The notes beneath the pieces were generated by a model that saw nothing but the letters and a program-made list of their open reading frames with translations, ran no database searches and was not told the origin of the DNA. The translations under genes and the position numbers were made by a program. Shown piece after piece: positions 8,314 to 17,046 of a DNA stretch of 64,000 nt. Position 1 is the first letter of the stretch. Every line of letters starts with the position of its first letter. The stretch is from Candidatus Saccharimonadota bacterium (GTDB lineage Bacteria; Patescibacteriota; Saccharimonadia; Saccharimonadales; OFTM59): positions 62,401-126,400 of the forward strand of contig JAJDCL010000011.1 in the NCBI GenBank assembly GCA_029260875.1, given 5' to 3'.

Positions 8314-9543
8314 TTATCTACCTATAAAACCCATTAATCTTGTATACATAAATTCACCCAGTGCCGTAACCCCGGTTGTTTTAGGACACAGAGCTTTTTT
8401 TGCCTTACTATTGCTGTTACTCCTGGACCCCCCGCTTAACGTACTCGAACTAATAAGGCTGCGGGGAGGCCCACCCGAATCATACATCGGCTTATTATTA
8501 ACTAAGGGTCTGCCGCCTTTGCAGTCAGTGTTTAAACAGTCATTATAAAGTTGAAAAATTGTTTTTCCAGTTATACTTTTCAGAAGCTCGTCAGAATATG
8601 TGTCATTTCTGAGGGCAGTGTGTAGTTTCTTGACAATATTTTTATCGTGTTTTGTGAGATATTTTAGAAAGGCCGCCCCACAATCGTAACCAGAGCTATA
8701 GTCTACATCAAAGCAAGAGCTAGTACGATCTACACCCAATACTTGTGGCACATAATCCGCCATTCCTTCAACTAGCCACTTTGGATATTGAGGTGTTCCG
8801 TACGATTTATAGCTCTGCACCATGTGTGTTATTTCATGACTCAATAGACGCGTATTCGAGCTATCACTAAATGTGCGCACCGTGTCAATGTCAAGATAGG
8901 CCGCTGCTCGATCCCAGTAGAACACGCAGCCTATCGCCCCCTCGCAAAGTTTTTCGCCTGTTTTAAAATTTGGAGGCAGATAGCTAAAGCTGTAGTCATC
9001 AGCGAGTTTGCCTAGGATAATAATGTATGGTGATCGATAAATAGAAGAGCTGAGCTGTTGTTCTACTCTCGGAAATATATTCTTGCAGTTTGCAAGAAGC
9101 TTCTCCGCTTTAATCTTCATGCTAAGATCTTGGCTATAATCAACCCAGCACATTCCGTTATCAATGACTCCTGGTTTACCCGGCATAACAGGGTCATCTA
9201 CCACAACAGTGCCCGGTGTTTGTTTTGAGGCTGGGCTGGCATTGCCTGGAGCGCCACCTCCTTTATTTGAGCCACTGACGGTGAGCGTAGAATTGTTCTT
9301 GCTTGCCTCAGAAGTCTTCTTTTGCCAAGGCAAGGTTACCTTTTTGCCAAAAAACGTAAACCCGTATTGATTTGCGCCAGCAGTGCTAGACCACAAGGAA
9401 GAGACAATCATATAGCCACCTAAAAACATAAAAGCGAGAGCCACAAAAACAACACTACGCTGCCTAAAGCTAGTCCTTAGATTTCTAAGTTTCTGGGATT
9501 GTGAATAGCTGAATGGTTGGTTGGCGAATCTTTTGTTGGCCAT
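8314..9543 (-). CDS. N-anchored putative zinc metallopeptidase of the basic-secretory-protein (BSP, PF04450-like) type
   Basis: HEITHMVQ (HExxH) followed by WLVEGMADYV, then GYDCGAAFLKYL and LLKSITGKTIFQLYNDC match the BSP-family pattern HE.THV.Q...EG.ADYV...GY...A.FL.Y. The N-terminus has a basic tail plus TM. The start at 9543 is preceded by aaaaagggtcaaa; the alternative start is 9573. Confidence 0.55.
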   Translation of the reverse strand: MANKRFANQPFSYSQSQKLRNLRTSFRQRSVVFVALAFMFLGGYMIVSSLWSSTAGANQYGFTFFGKKVTLPWQKKTSEASKNNSTLTVSGSNKGGGAPGNASPASKQTPGTVVVDDPVMPGKPGVIDNGMCWVDYSQDLSMKIKAEKLLANCKNIFPRVEQQLSSSIYRSPYIIILGKLADDYSFSYLPPNFKTGEKLCEGAIGCVFYWDRAAAYLDIDTVRTFSDSSNTRLLSHEITHMVQSYKSYGTPQYPKWLVEGMADYVPQVLGVDRTSSCFDVDYSSGYDCGAAFLKYLTKHDKNIVKKLHTALRNDTYSDELLKSITGKTIFQLYNDCLNTDCKGGRPLVNNKPMYDSGGPPRSLISSSTLSGGSRSNSNSKAKKALCPKTTGVTALGEFMYTRLMGFIGR

Positions 9544-9618
9544 TTTGACCCTTTTTCTGTTTGTATTTATCACGCAGTGAGATAGTACCTCGTACGATAT
9601 ATGGCTATATTAAACGAG

Positions 9619-10437
9619 TCAACCCTGATTTATTAATACCTCTGGGATAATTCGGTTGATGCTCTGGATTGAAATTGCACTGCGAGAATTACTGGATGTG
9701 ATGATTGTCGCGTTGAATTGCAAGGGGCCGCCTGTTTCTAGTTCGTTTCGGCTTGGCTGGCTGTTTAGCCACCGTTTGGTTGTGATACTCAACTTAACGC
9801 CAAGGCTGGAGTGCAGGGTGCCACACATGCCTACGTCTGTAATGTGGGCGGTGCCCCTTGGCAAAATCATGGCATCGGCCGTTGGCACGTGCCAATGATC
9901 ACCTATAACGGCTGTCACCCTGCCGTCCAGGTAGTAGCCGATCATACGCTTTTCACTACTGAAATCGCCGTGAAAATTCACAATTGTTGCAGAACGTTCA
10001 TGATTTTTATTATCTACTAAAATTTGATCAATGACTTTCAGCGGGTTATCCATCGGATCATCTGCTTTTTTGCCAACAATACTGCCCCTTAAGCTAATCA
10101 CTAGTACGCTACCTGTAGCGGTGTCAACATACTTACACCCCAGCCCTGGTGTGCCTACTGGGTAATTGGCCGGGCGGATTACAGGCTGCTTGGGATCGTT
10201 AAGTGCAGAGTGAATTTCTGGTAAAAACGTAGTCCAGTCCCCTCCGCTACAAAAATCAATACCCATATCTTTCAGCCGCTGAAAGTCAGCTAGCGAAAGA
10301 CCCTTGCCACCCGTAGTGTTCTCTGCCTGTGCAATCACAAGATCAACGCTGTATTGTTTTTTAATTTCGGGCAAAACTCGCTTAACAACCTTTATGCCTG
10401 GTTCGCCCATTATGTCCCCGATATAGAGAATATTCAT
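9619..10437 (-). CDS. ymdB: YmdB-family metallophosphoesterase (2',3'-cyclic-nucleotide phosphodiesterase-like)
   Basis: The N-terminus MNILYIGDIMGEPG...VIAQAENTTGGKG and GDHWHVPT match the YmdB (TIGR00282) pattern. It lies directly downstream of rny, as in the Bacillus rny-ymdB operon. Confidence 0.7.
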   Translation of the reverse strand: MNILYIGDIMGEPGIKVVKRVLPEIKKQYSVDLVIAQAENTTGGKGLSLADFQRLKDMGIDFCSGGDWTTFLPEIHSALNDPKQPVIRPANYPVGTPGLGCKYVDTATGSVLVISLRGSIVGKKADDPMDNPLKVIDQILVDNKNHERSATIVNFHGDFSSEKRMIGYYLDGRVTAVIGDHWHVPTADAMILPRGTAHITDVGMCGTLHSSLGVKLSITTKRWLNSQPSRNELETGGPLQFNATIITSSNSRSAISIQSINRIIPEVLINQG

Positions 10438-10524
10438 AACTTAATTGTAACCGACTCTTCAGCCGTCAAAGAAATATTGGAGTATGTGATTAGTAATGGT
10501 GAGTGATTACCTATAACTTTAGGG

Positions 10525-10660
10525 GGTCTGCAAGCGCTTCCCCTTTAATCGGCTGCATTGTAAGAAAAGCGAGTAGTTTCAATCCGAATCCGGTCTGCAA
10601 GCGCTCACCAAGAAATCGGCTGCAAGCGATTTCTTGGCTGAAGAGCGCCGGTGAGGATGA
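10525..10660. repeat. Imperfect 67 bp tandem duplication with nested inverted repeats in the rny-ymdB intergenic spacer
   Basis: ggtctgcaagcgct occurs at 10525 and 10592. aatcggctgca occurs at 10547 and 10614. The second unit contains an 11 bp inverted repeat, ccaagaaatcg/cgatttcttgg, nested inside ctcacc/ggtgag. Confidence 0.6.
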
Positions 10661-10671
10661 AACTACGAGCG

Positions 10672-12186
10672 CTACTTGGCAAATTCTATGGCGCGGGTTT
10701 CGCGGATTACATTTACCTTAATAGTGCCTGGATACTGCATAGTAGATTCGATCTTGGTAGCTACATCGCGAGCCAGCTTGATGGCGCCGAGGTCATCAAT
10801 ATCTGTTGGTTTTACGAAGATACGAACCTCACGGCCAGCACTAATAGCATATGCCTTTTCGATACCATTAAAACCAAGCGCAACGTTTTCAAGATCTTTC
10901 ATGCGCTCGGCAAAGTTCTCGGCAGAAATATTGCGCGCGCCAGGACGAGCAGCACTCATAGCGTCTACCACACGAACAATGTGTGCCTCTGTAGTAGTTG
11001 CATCTACATCATCGTGGTGAGCTTCAACCGCGTGACAGATATCTTCGGGCACGCCGTACTTACGAAGAGTGTCAGCGCCAATATGATGATGCTTGCCCTC
11101 AACTTTATGTGTTAGGGCCTTGCCTATGTCATGCACTAATGTAGCGTACTTAACCGTCTTGACGTTAGCACCTAGCTCCTCAGCGATGATCCCCGCCATA
11201 TGGGCCATTTCTGTACTGTGCTTGAGCACGTTTTGGCCGTATGATGTGCGGAATTTAAGCTCACCAAGTAGCTGTAAAACTTCTTTGGGAATGCCGATAA
11301 TACCGACTTCGCGGGCAGCGTCTTCACCGGCTCGGACAACTTCTTTTTGGACTACGGCCTGGGCTTTTTCTACAACCTCTTCAATACGGCCGGGGTGAAC
11401 ACGGCCGTCTTTTAGGAGCATCTCAAGAGCTTGGCGGGCTACTTCGCGTCTCACTGGGTCAAACGAACTCAGGATAATCATGCCTGGGGTGTCGTCTACC
11501 ATAATGTCCACGCCGGTGGCGCGCTGTAAGGCCTGAATATTACGCCCCTCTTTGCCGATAATACGGCCTTTCATTTCTTCATCTTCCAGCTTTACAGCCG
11601 TGACCGTCCGTTCTGCCGTAACCTCGCTGGCCATGCGCTCCATTGCCTCAACTATAATAACCGCCCCTTTTTCTTCGGCGGTCTCCCGAGCTTCGTTCTC
11701 GAGCTTTGATATAAGCCCAAGCAAGTCTTGGCGTATGTCTCGCTCTGTCATTTGCATAAGCTTGCCGGCGGCATCTTCTTTGGTAAGCTTAGCGATTTTT
11801 TCTAACTTTTCTTGTTGTTTGACACGAATAGAGCGGATTTCGTCTTTGAGCTGTTCAGCCTCGGTTTCACTGGTACGTAATTTTTCTGCGCGTCTGTCTA
11901 TGTCGTCTAGTTTTTTATCCAAGGATACTTCGCGGTCCAGTAAGCGCTGCTCGATTTCTTTTATTTCTTTGCGACGCGTGGCTTCTTCTTGGCGCGCCTT
12001 TTCTGATACTTTGGTTGCTTCTTCTCGAGCTTCATCTAGGGCTTTCTCAGCCTCTTTTTTGGCCTTTTTTAATTCCTTCTCGGCCGCCTCTTCTGCGGAC
12101 CCTAGTTTGGTTTTGGTCATGACGTTGTTTGCGACAAAGCCCGCACCAACGCCGGCCAATGCCAGCACAATGGTAATTGGATCCAT
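10672..12186 (-). CDS. rny: Ribonuclease Y (N-terminal TM, coiled coil, KH and HD domains)
   Basis: The start MDPITIVLALAGVGAGF at 12186 follows gaaaggaacaaac. The protein has KH-like GKEGRNIQALQRATGVD and HD-domain VLKHSTEMAHMAG...LVHDIGKA. Confidence 0.9.
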   Translation of the reverse strand: MDPITIVLALAGVGAGFVANNVMTKTKLGSAEEAAEKELKKAKKEAEKALDEAREEATKVSEKARQEEATRRKEIKEIEQRLLDREVSLDKKLDDIDRRAEKLRTSETEAEQLKDEIRSIRVKQQEKLEKIAKLTKEDAAGKLMQMTERDIRQDLLGLISKLENEARETAEEKGAVIIVEAMERMASEVTAERTVTAVKLEDEEMKGRIIGKEGRNIQALQRATGVDIMVDDTPGMIILSSFDPVRREVARQALEMLLKDGRVHPGRIEEVVEKAQAVVQKEVVRAGEDAAREVGIIGIPKEVLQLLGELKFRTSYGQNVLKHSTEMAHMAGIIAEELGANVKTVKYATLVHDIGKALTHKVEGKHHHIGADTLRKYGVPEDICHAVEAHHDDVDATTTEAHIVRVVDAMSAARPGARNISAENFAERMKDLENVALGFNGIEKAYAISAGREVRIFVKPTDIDDLGAIKLARDVATKIESTMQYPGTIKVNVIRETRAIEFAK

Positions 12187-12386
12187 GTTTGTTCCTTTCA
12201 GCCTACGGTCAGCCGACATCACTATCACTTCTTTAGTCGCACTTTACCGTAGAAAATCAAAAATTAAATTGTAAGAATTGTGGCACTTCAGGTGCCGACG
12301 GATTTTGCTCCCAAAAAGCTGCATAATCCTACCCTTAACTATACGCGGAATTAGTCGCTCAGGTCAATCCATGCAAGAATATATTC

Positions 12387-13355
12387 CTAGTTGTCAGCAG
12401 GCATAGATGAATCTCTTTGAATGGCGTAGACTACCAGGCGCTGATTATAGGTGTTAGATGTAGCATCATACGAGCCAGCCTCAGTGATCAAATTAAGTCC
12501 CGGCAACCCCGGTACGGCTGTTGCTAGCATGGGCTCCAGCGGGTCAACATCCCTAAAGGCTTGGAGTTTTGCTACATAGTATGTGAAGATTTTACCATCG
12601 CCCGCCTCTAGCCTAAGTTCGTCCCCTGGCTTTAAACTTGTTATATCATGAAAAATACCGGGCTTGCTTGGGCCAGACATGTGGCCAGTCAAAACCACCG
12701 CACCAACCTCTCCAGGCTTGACACTACTTTCATACCAGCCGACATCATATATATTCGAAGGCAATCTGATTTCTGTTTCCGTACCAACGCCCACTCTGCG
12801 GACACGTGCGGAAAGCCCCATGTCATCTATGTGCATAATTCGCGGCAAATTACTGGCAACCTGATAACTCTGTATATTTGTGGGTCGACGTTCACTGATC
12901 TCGTTACTAGTATCTAGCATAGCTTCTACACTAACCCTGCTATGAGACCTATCGGCTTCTGCTTGCTTGCTGGAATGTGCACTGCTTAGTAATATGACTG
13001 AAACAAACAAAACCACAGCCAAACAGATCACTGGTAGGTACATCTTTAACTTGTTTAGACGGGGAAATGTTGGGCCCGGGAACCGCCTGAACTTAATATC
13101 AAATATGTTATCGGAACGCTTTAGCTGAACAGGCAGGCCTGAGAAGCGAGATAGTTTAGGAGGCGTACCGGACAATGATTCAAGGTATTCGCCCTGGTTT
13201 GCCGGCACGTATCTTGACGCACGCTCTCCTATACCGTCAATACTACGAGGCTGAACACGCTGAACAGAACGCCGGTAATAGGGCGAGGGTGAGCTGGTGC
13301 GCGGTTCTGGCGTGCCAACAAGTACTCTGTGCTGACGTGGCCGGTTTGATGCCAT
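12387..13355 (-). CDS. Sortase-fold membrane protein lacking the catalytic cysteine (TLxTC Cys replaced by Glu)
   Basis: The N-terminus has a long basic region plus a TM (MYLPVICLAVVLFVSVILL). The domain aligns with SrtA: IHIDDMGLSARVRRVG, VVLTGHMSGP (His), GLNLITEAGS in place of LTLITC, and NQRLVVYA (Arg). The DNA reads ATC ACT GAG GCT at the expected Cys codon. Confidence 0.55.
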   Translation of the reverse strand: MASNRPRQHRVLVGTPEPRTSSPSPYYRRSVQRVQPRSIDGIGERASRYVPANQGEYLESLSGTPPKLSRFSGLPVQLKRSDNIFDIKFRRFPGPTFPRLNKLKMYLPVICLAVVLFVSVILLSSAHSSKQAEADRSHSRVSVEAMLDTSNEISERRPTNIQSYQVASNLPRIMHIDDMGLSARVRRVGVGTETEIRLPSNIYDVGWYESSVKPGEVGAVVLTGHMSGPSKPGIFHDITSLKPGDELRLEAGDGKIFTYYVAKLQAFRDVDPLEPMLATAVPGLPGLNLITEAGSYDATSNTYNQRLVVYAIQRDSSMPADN

Positions 13356-13423
13356 AATTTTGTTAATTTTTGAGGTTAATGTTCCTGCCTATGACTATAA
13401 ACTTGCGTGATTTTATGTCAAGG

Positions 13424-13816
13424 CTAGCGCTTGGGCTGGGTGATATGGGCATCCGCTCCATAATCTGGGATAACTTGCTTGTCGTTTTTACCCGCAAGCA
13501 GCAGTTTGATTCCCGTAAGCCCCCAGTTCTCGCTTGATGTCCCAACAATCGGAACACCTAGGCTGTCCGCCATAGCGTTAGCCGTGGCAATGCCTATTCT
13601 TAGGCCAGTAAAGCTACCCGGACCCTTATAAACCACTATACCTTGCACGTTCGCAAAGGTTTTAGATTTTGCTTTTAAAATTGTGGCTATTTGCAAGTGA
13701 ATCGTCTCAGCAAGCTTGCGATGCGCCAGCCAATCAAACCCGTCCAGCAGCTCTTCGTCTTCGTATAGACCAAGTTCAGCTTCCGGCTTATCTGTCCGGA
13801 CAGCAAGTATTAGCAT
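13424..13816 (-). CDS. tsaB: tRNA threonylcarbamoyladenosine biosynthesis protein TsaB (short form)
   Basis: The GPGSFTGLRIGIATA motif and an N-terminal YeaZ-like domain. Confidence 0.75.
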   Translation of the reverse strand: MLILAVRTDKPEAELGLYEDEELLDGFDWLAHRKLAETIHLQIATILKAKSKTFANVQGIVVYKGPGSFTGLRIGIATANAMADSLGVPIVGTSSENWGLTGIKLLLAGKNDKQVIPDYGADAHITQPKR

Positions 13817-14274
13817 ATACCCTCCAGAAGATATGATATTTTGTCGGGAGACGATATTGTTAGTTTACGGGCTGTTTCCCCGCCAAGCTTGAAAGTGATA
13901 GTGATGCGTTCTTCTGGCAAAATGTCATGGACTATTTCGCCCCATTCTATAACTGCGACAACATTTGGCTGGCCGATGATTTCTGCCAGCTCATCAGCTA
14001 CGACGCCTGCTTCGTTTAACCTGTAAAAATCAAAGTGATCAAGTTCTAGTCTGTCGGCCTTGTATACATTGCTAATTTTAAAAGTAGGCGAAGAAACATG
14101 GTCAGGGCTGCCAATCCCCCTAGCCAAGCCACGGACAAATGTAGTCTTACCCCCGCCAAGGTCACTGATAAGCTCGATAACCTCACCGCCACGCAAACGC
14201 TTGCCAATTTGTTCAGCAATCTGCTCGGTTTGTTCGGCACTATTTGTAGTAATCTCTGCAGTGGTTAGATTCAT
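13810..14274 (-). CDS. tsaE: tRNA t6A biosynthesis ATPase TsaE
   Basis: P-loop GGGKTTFVRGL, SPTF and HFDFYRL motifs. It overlaps tsaB by 7 nt. Confidence 0.8.
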   Translation of the reverse strand: MNLTTAEITTNSAEQTEQIAEQIGKRLRGGEVIELISDLGGGKTTFVRGLARGIGSPDHVSSPTFKISNVYKADRLELDHFDFYRLNEAGVVADELAEIIGQPNVVAVIEWGEIVHDILPEERITITFKLGGETARKLTISSPDKISYLLEGIC

Positions 14275-14276
14275 GA

Positions 14277-14825
14277 TTGAAGTATACTAGAATTGCCATG
14301 CTACAACTCAGTGCGACATTTACTAACAAACCTATTATGAGCTTGCGGACCGGAGCACGGGTTGCAACGGTAGCCAGCCCTATCATTAATCCGAACAATC
14401 TTAAAATTGAGGGGTTTTACTGTCAAGACATCCGCACCCGCCAAAAGTTGGTTCTGCTCACTCAGGATATTCGCGACATTATAAGTCAAGGCTTGGTCGT
14501 TAATGATCATGATGTGCTCTCTGAACCTGAAGATCTTATACGCCTTAGAAAAATCATGGAGATTGACCTACAGATTATGGGGATGCCTGTTGTCACCGTA
14601 GACAAGCATAAAATAGGTAAAATTAACGACTACGCAACTGATACTCAGACCTTGTACATCCAAAAACTTTATGTAGCCCAACCATTGATCAAATCGTTGA
14701 GTGGCGGTCAGCTGAGCGTTGACCGAAGTCAAATCGTAGAGATCACCAACCGCAAGATCGTCATCCAGGAACCTCTACAGCCAACCAAGGCGGGCATCCG
14801 GGTAACGGCGCCCGTAGCTTCATAA
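14277..14825 (+). CDS. Hypothetical protein, possibly PRC-barrel-like; start uncertain (alternative Met at 14337)
   Basis: ORF only. The two Val/Ile-rich segments are weakly PRC-barrel-like. Confidence 0.3.
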   Translation: MKYTRIAMLQLSATFTNKPIMSLRTGARVATVASPIINPNNLKIEGFYCQDIRTRQKLVLLTQDIRDIISQGLVVNDHDVLSEPEDLIRLRKIMEIDLQIMGMPVVTVDKHKIGKINDYATDTQTLYIQKLYVAQPLIKSLSGGQLSVDRSQIVEITNRKIVIQEPLQPTKAGIRVTAPVAS

Positions 14826-14827
14826 TT

Positions 14828-15433
14828 TTATTGATCTGTTTCGTTTAATACTGTCTTAATATCGTCGTAGTTGAATCCTTGGCGAGCTAGGTACTGCATT
14901 AGTTTTAGGTTGTCCTGATATTTGGCTTGTTTGCGCTTTCGCTCAATCAGCTCGACTAGTACTTCCCGCTCGTCCGTATCATCTGCGCTTAAAGCTTGAT
15001 TAATAATTTCATCTGAAACGCGTTTTTGTCTAAGTTCCTGGGTGAGGCGTCGCTTGCTCGTGGGCTTAAGGAGCCTCCTGTTGTTGACCCAGCGTTGTGC
15101 GAAATCCAAATCATCAACATAGCCTAATTTACTTAACGCGTTAAGTGTTTGTTCAATAATCTCCGGTTCAAACTCTTTTCGCCTCAGATAATCTTCTAGC
15201 TCCCATCTACTGCGTGGTCGCCTAGCTATTTGGTCAAAGGCTTTGGCCCTGGCTTTGTCTACTACGGCATCATTTTTGAGTTTCGCTACTTCTTCTGGCG
15301 TTATTTCTTGATGTACACGCAACTCAAGTTTCAATAGTGTGGACTCTGAAAACGAGCAAATATATTTGTCGTCAATAAATATAGAGTAACGATCCGACCG
15401 CTTAACCTGCTGCTTAATCGCGGAGATTTTCAT
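14828..15433 (-). CDS. recX: Recombination regulator RecX
   Basis: Repeated helical LxxLGYVDDxxFA units (ALSKLGYVDDLDFAQRWV). It lies downstream of recA. Confidence 0.75.
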   Translation of the reverse strand: MKISAIKQQVKRSDRYSIFIDDKYICSFSESTLLKLELRVHQEITPEEVAKLKNDAVVDKARAKAFDQIARRPRSRWELEDYLRRKEFEPEIIEQTLNALSKLGYVDDLDFAQRWVNNRRLLKPTSKRRLTQELRQKRVSDEIINQALSADDTDEREVLVELIERKRKQAKYQDNLKLMQYLARQGFNYDDIKTVLNETDQ

Positions 15434-15436
15434 CCA

Positions 15437-15898
15437 TCACGGCCAAAGCTTTATTAAGACAATGCCCACTAAAATAAGATATACGGCTTCAATATAGATG
15501 CCTGAGGGCCGTTCACGGCTCTGAATTCGCTCATGAAATTCGTTAAAACGGCTATGTGGTTTGTCTTCGCTTAACTCTAATTGGCGGTTGACTATAAATT
15601 GGTATACCCAAGCTAGGTCAGGTGAAAAGGCTACAAAACCAGCGACATAGAACAAAGTCGGGGCGCCCTGGGACACAAACAAGATAAGCATCAAAACAAT
15701 AAGAGCCACGTCGATTGTTATGACCCCATTTATTAGCCGTTTCTGTTTCCGCCTGGCCTTGTCCCAATTTTTAAAACCAAAGTGCGGCATGGAATCAAGC
15801 ATAAAGTGCGAGGCAAACGCCAAAGGCAAAACCAGAACGGGCTGCTGCACGGCCCCCGCAATCACCGCCCCCGTAACCATATGGTTTATGCCTGTCAT
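15437..15898 (-). CDS. DUF457/YdjM-like membrane-bound metal-dependent hydrolase
   Basis: MTGINHMVTGAVIAG...SHFMLDSMPHFGF matches the YdjM/YbcI family, which is in the SOS regulon in other bacteria. It sits between recA and recX. Confidence 0.5.
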   Translation of the reverse strand: MTGINHMVTGAVIAGAVQQPVLVLPLAFASHFMLDSMPHFGFKNWDKARRKQKRLINGVITIDVALIVLMLILFVSQGAPTLFYVAGFVAFSPDLAWVYQFIVNRQLELSEDKPHSRFNEFHERIQSRERPSGIYIEAVYLILVGIVLIKLWP

Positions 15899-15901
15899 AT
15901 A

Positions 15902-16933
15902 CTAAAGATCCGCTACCTTGCTTGCTGAGTCCATTACTTTCTTAGCAAATTCGTCCATAAGTTTAGGATTTTTTTGTAAATACTCCTTGGCTGCCTCGCG
16001 GCCTTGGCCGATCTTCTCGCCTTTGTAGCTGAACCAAGCACCAGACTTTTCTACGATGTCATGCTTAGCCGCAAGGTCCAATATGTCACCAGCTTTACTT
16101 ATCCCTTCGTTATACATGATGTCGAATTCTGCTTCGCGGAATGGCGGGGCAATCTTATTTTTAACCACCTTTACGCGAGTTCTGTTGCCTATCACTTCGT
16201 CTCCCGCCTTGATCTGACCAATTCGGCGAATATCCATACGCAGGCTGGCGTAGAACTTCAGGGCGTTTCCACCTGTCGTGGTCTCGGGGTTACCAAACAT
16301 AACGCCAATCTTCATACGAATCTGATTAATAAATATAACGGTGGTGTTGCTTCTCGATATAACACCGGTCAGCTTTCGTAAAGCCTGGCTCATTAATCGT
16401 GCCTGAAGCCCCATATGGCTATCGCCCATCTCACCTTCAATCTCAGCCCTGGGCACTAAGGCGGCAACAGAGTCCACCACAATAAGGTCAACCGCGCTGC
16501 TGCGGACAAGTGTTTCGGTAATTTCTAGCGCTTGCTCGCCGTTATCCGGCTGACTGAGCAAAAGGTTGTCCACATCTACGCCAATACGTTTTGCATATGA
16601 GGGGTCTAGGGCGTGTTCTGCATCAATGAACGCCGCTGTACCGCCACGCTTTTGGACTTCTGCAATTGCATGCAATGTCAGCGTAGTCTTGCCCGAGCTC
16701 TCAGGACCGTAAACCTCAATAATGCGCCCTTTTGGGATACCGCCACCAAGGGCCAGGTCTAGCGATACACTGCCAGTAGGCGTGCATTCAACCGCACCTT
16801 GTTGACCTGTGCCAAGTTTCATTATTGAGCCTTTGCCGAACTGTTTTTCAATCTGTTCTAAAGCTAGGTTTAACGCCTTGCTTTTACCATCATTTACACC
16901 CACCGTGCTGTCACCACTGTCTTTTGCAGCCAT
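15902..16933 (-). CDS. recA: Recombinase RecA
   Basis: GPESSGKTT Walker [32 protein letters not shown], and the GNALKFYAS loop. Confidence 0.97.
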   Translation of the reverse strand: MAAKDSGDSTVGVNDGKSKALNLALEQIEKQFGKGSIMKLGTGQQGAVECTPTGSVSLDLALGGGIPKGRIIEVYGPESSGKTTLTLHAIAEVQKRGGTAAFIDAEHALDPSYAKRIGVDVDNLLLSQPDNGEQALEITETLVRSSAVDLIVVDSVAALVPRAEIEGEMGDSHMGLQARLMSQALRKLTGVISRSNTTVIFINQIRMKIGVMFGNPETTTGGNALKFYASLRMDIRRIGQIKAGDEVIGNRTRVKVVKNKIAPPFREAEFDIMYNEGISKAGDILDLAAKHDIVEKSGAWFSYKGEKIGQGREAAKEYLQKNPKLMDEFAKKVMDSASKVADL

Positions 16934-17046
16934 ATTACCCTCCTCAAGTTGTAGAGTTTAGTATAGCTTGTCGTTAGGGGCCATGACAATGGAGTATCTT
17001 GGTATAGTCTTTATGCTTGTAAGTAGTTATAATCGGTGTAAGTATT

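Noticed and set aside
10503-10721. The 72 aa plus-strand ORF in the rny-ymdB spacer
   Set aside because: It reads through the 67 bp tandem repeats and the rny 3' end and has no RBS. The region is better explained as a structured repeat.
16934-17046. A LexA/SOS box in the divergent recA-pilB promoter region
   Set aside because: I found no CGAAC-N4-GTTCG or CTGT-N8-ACAG-like palindrome by eye. It cannot be excluded without a motif scan.
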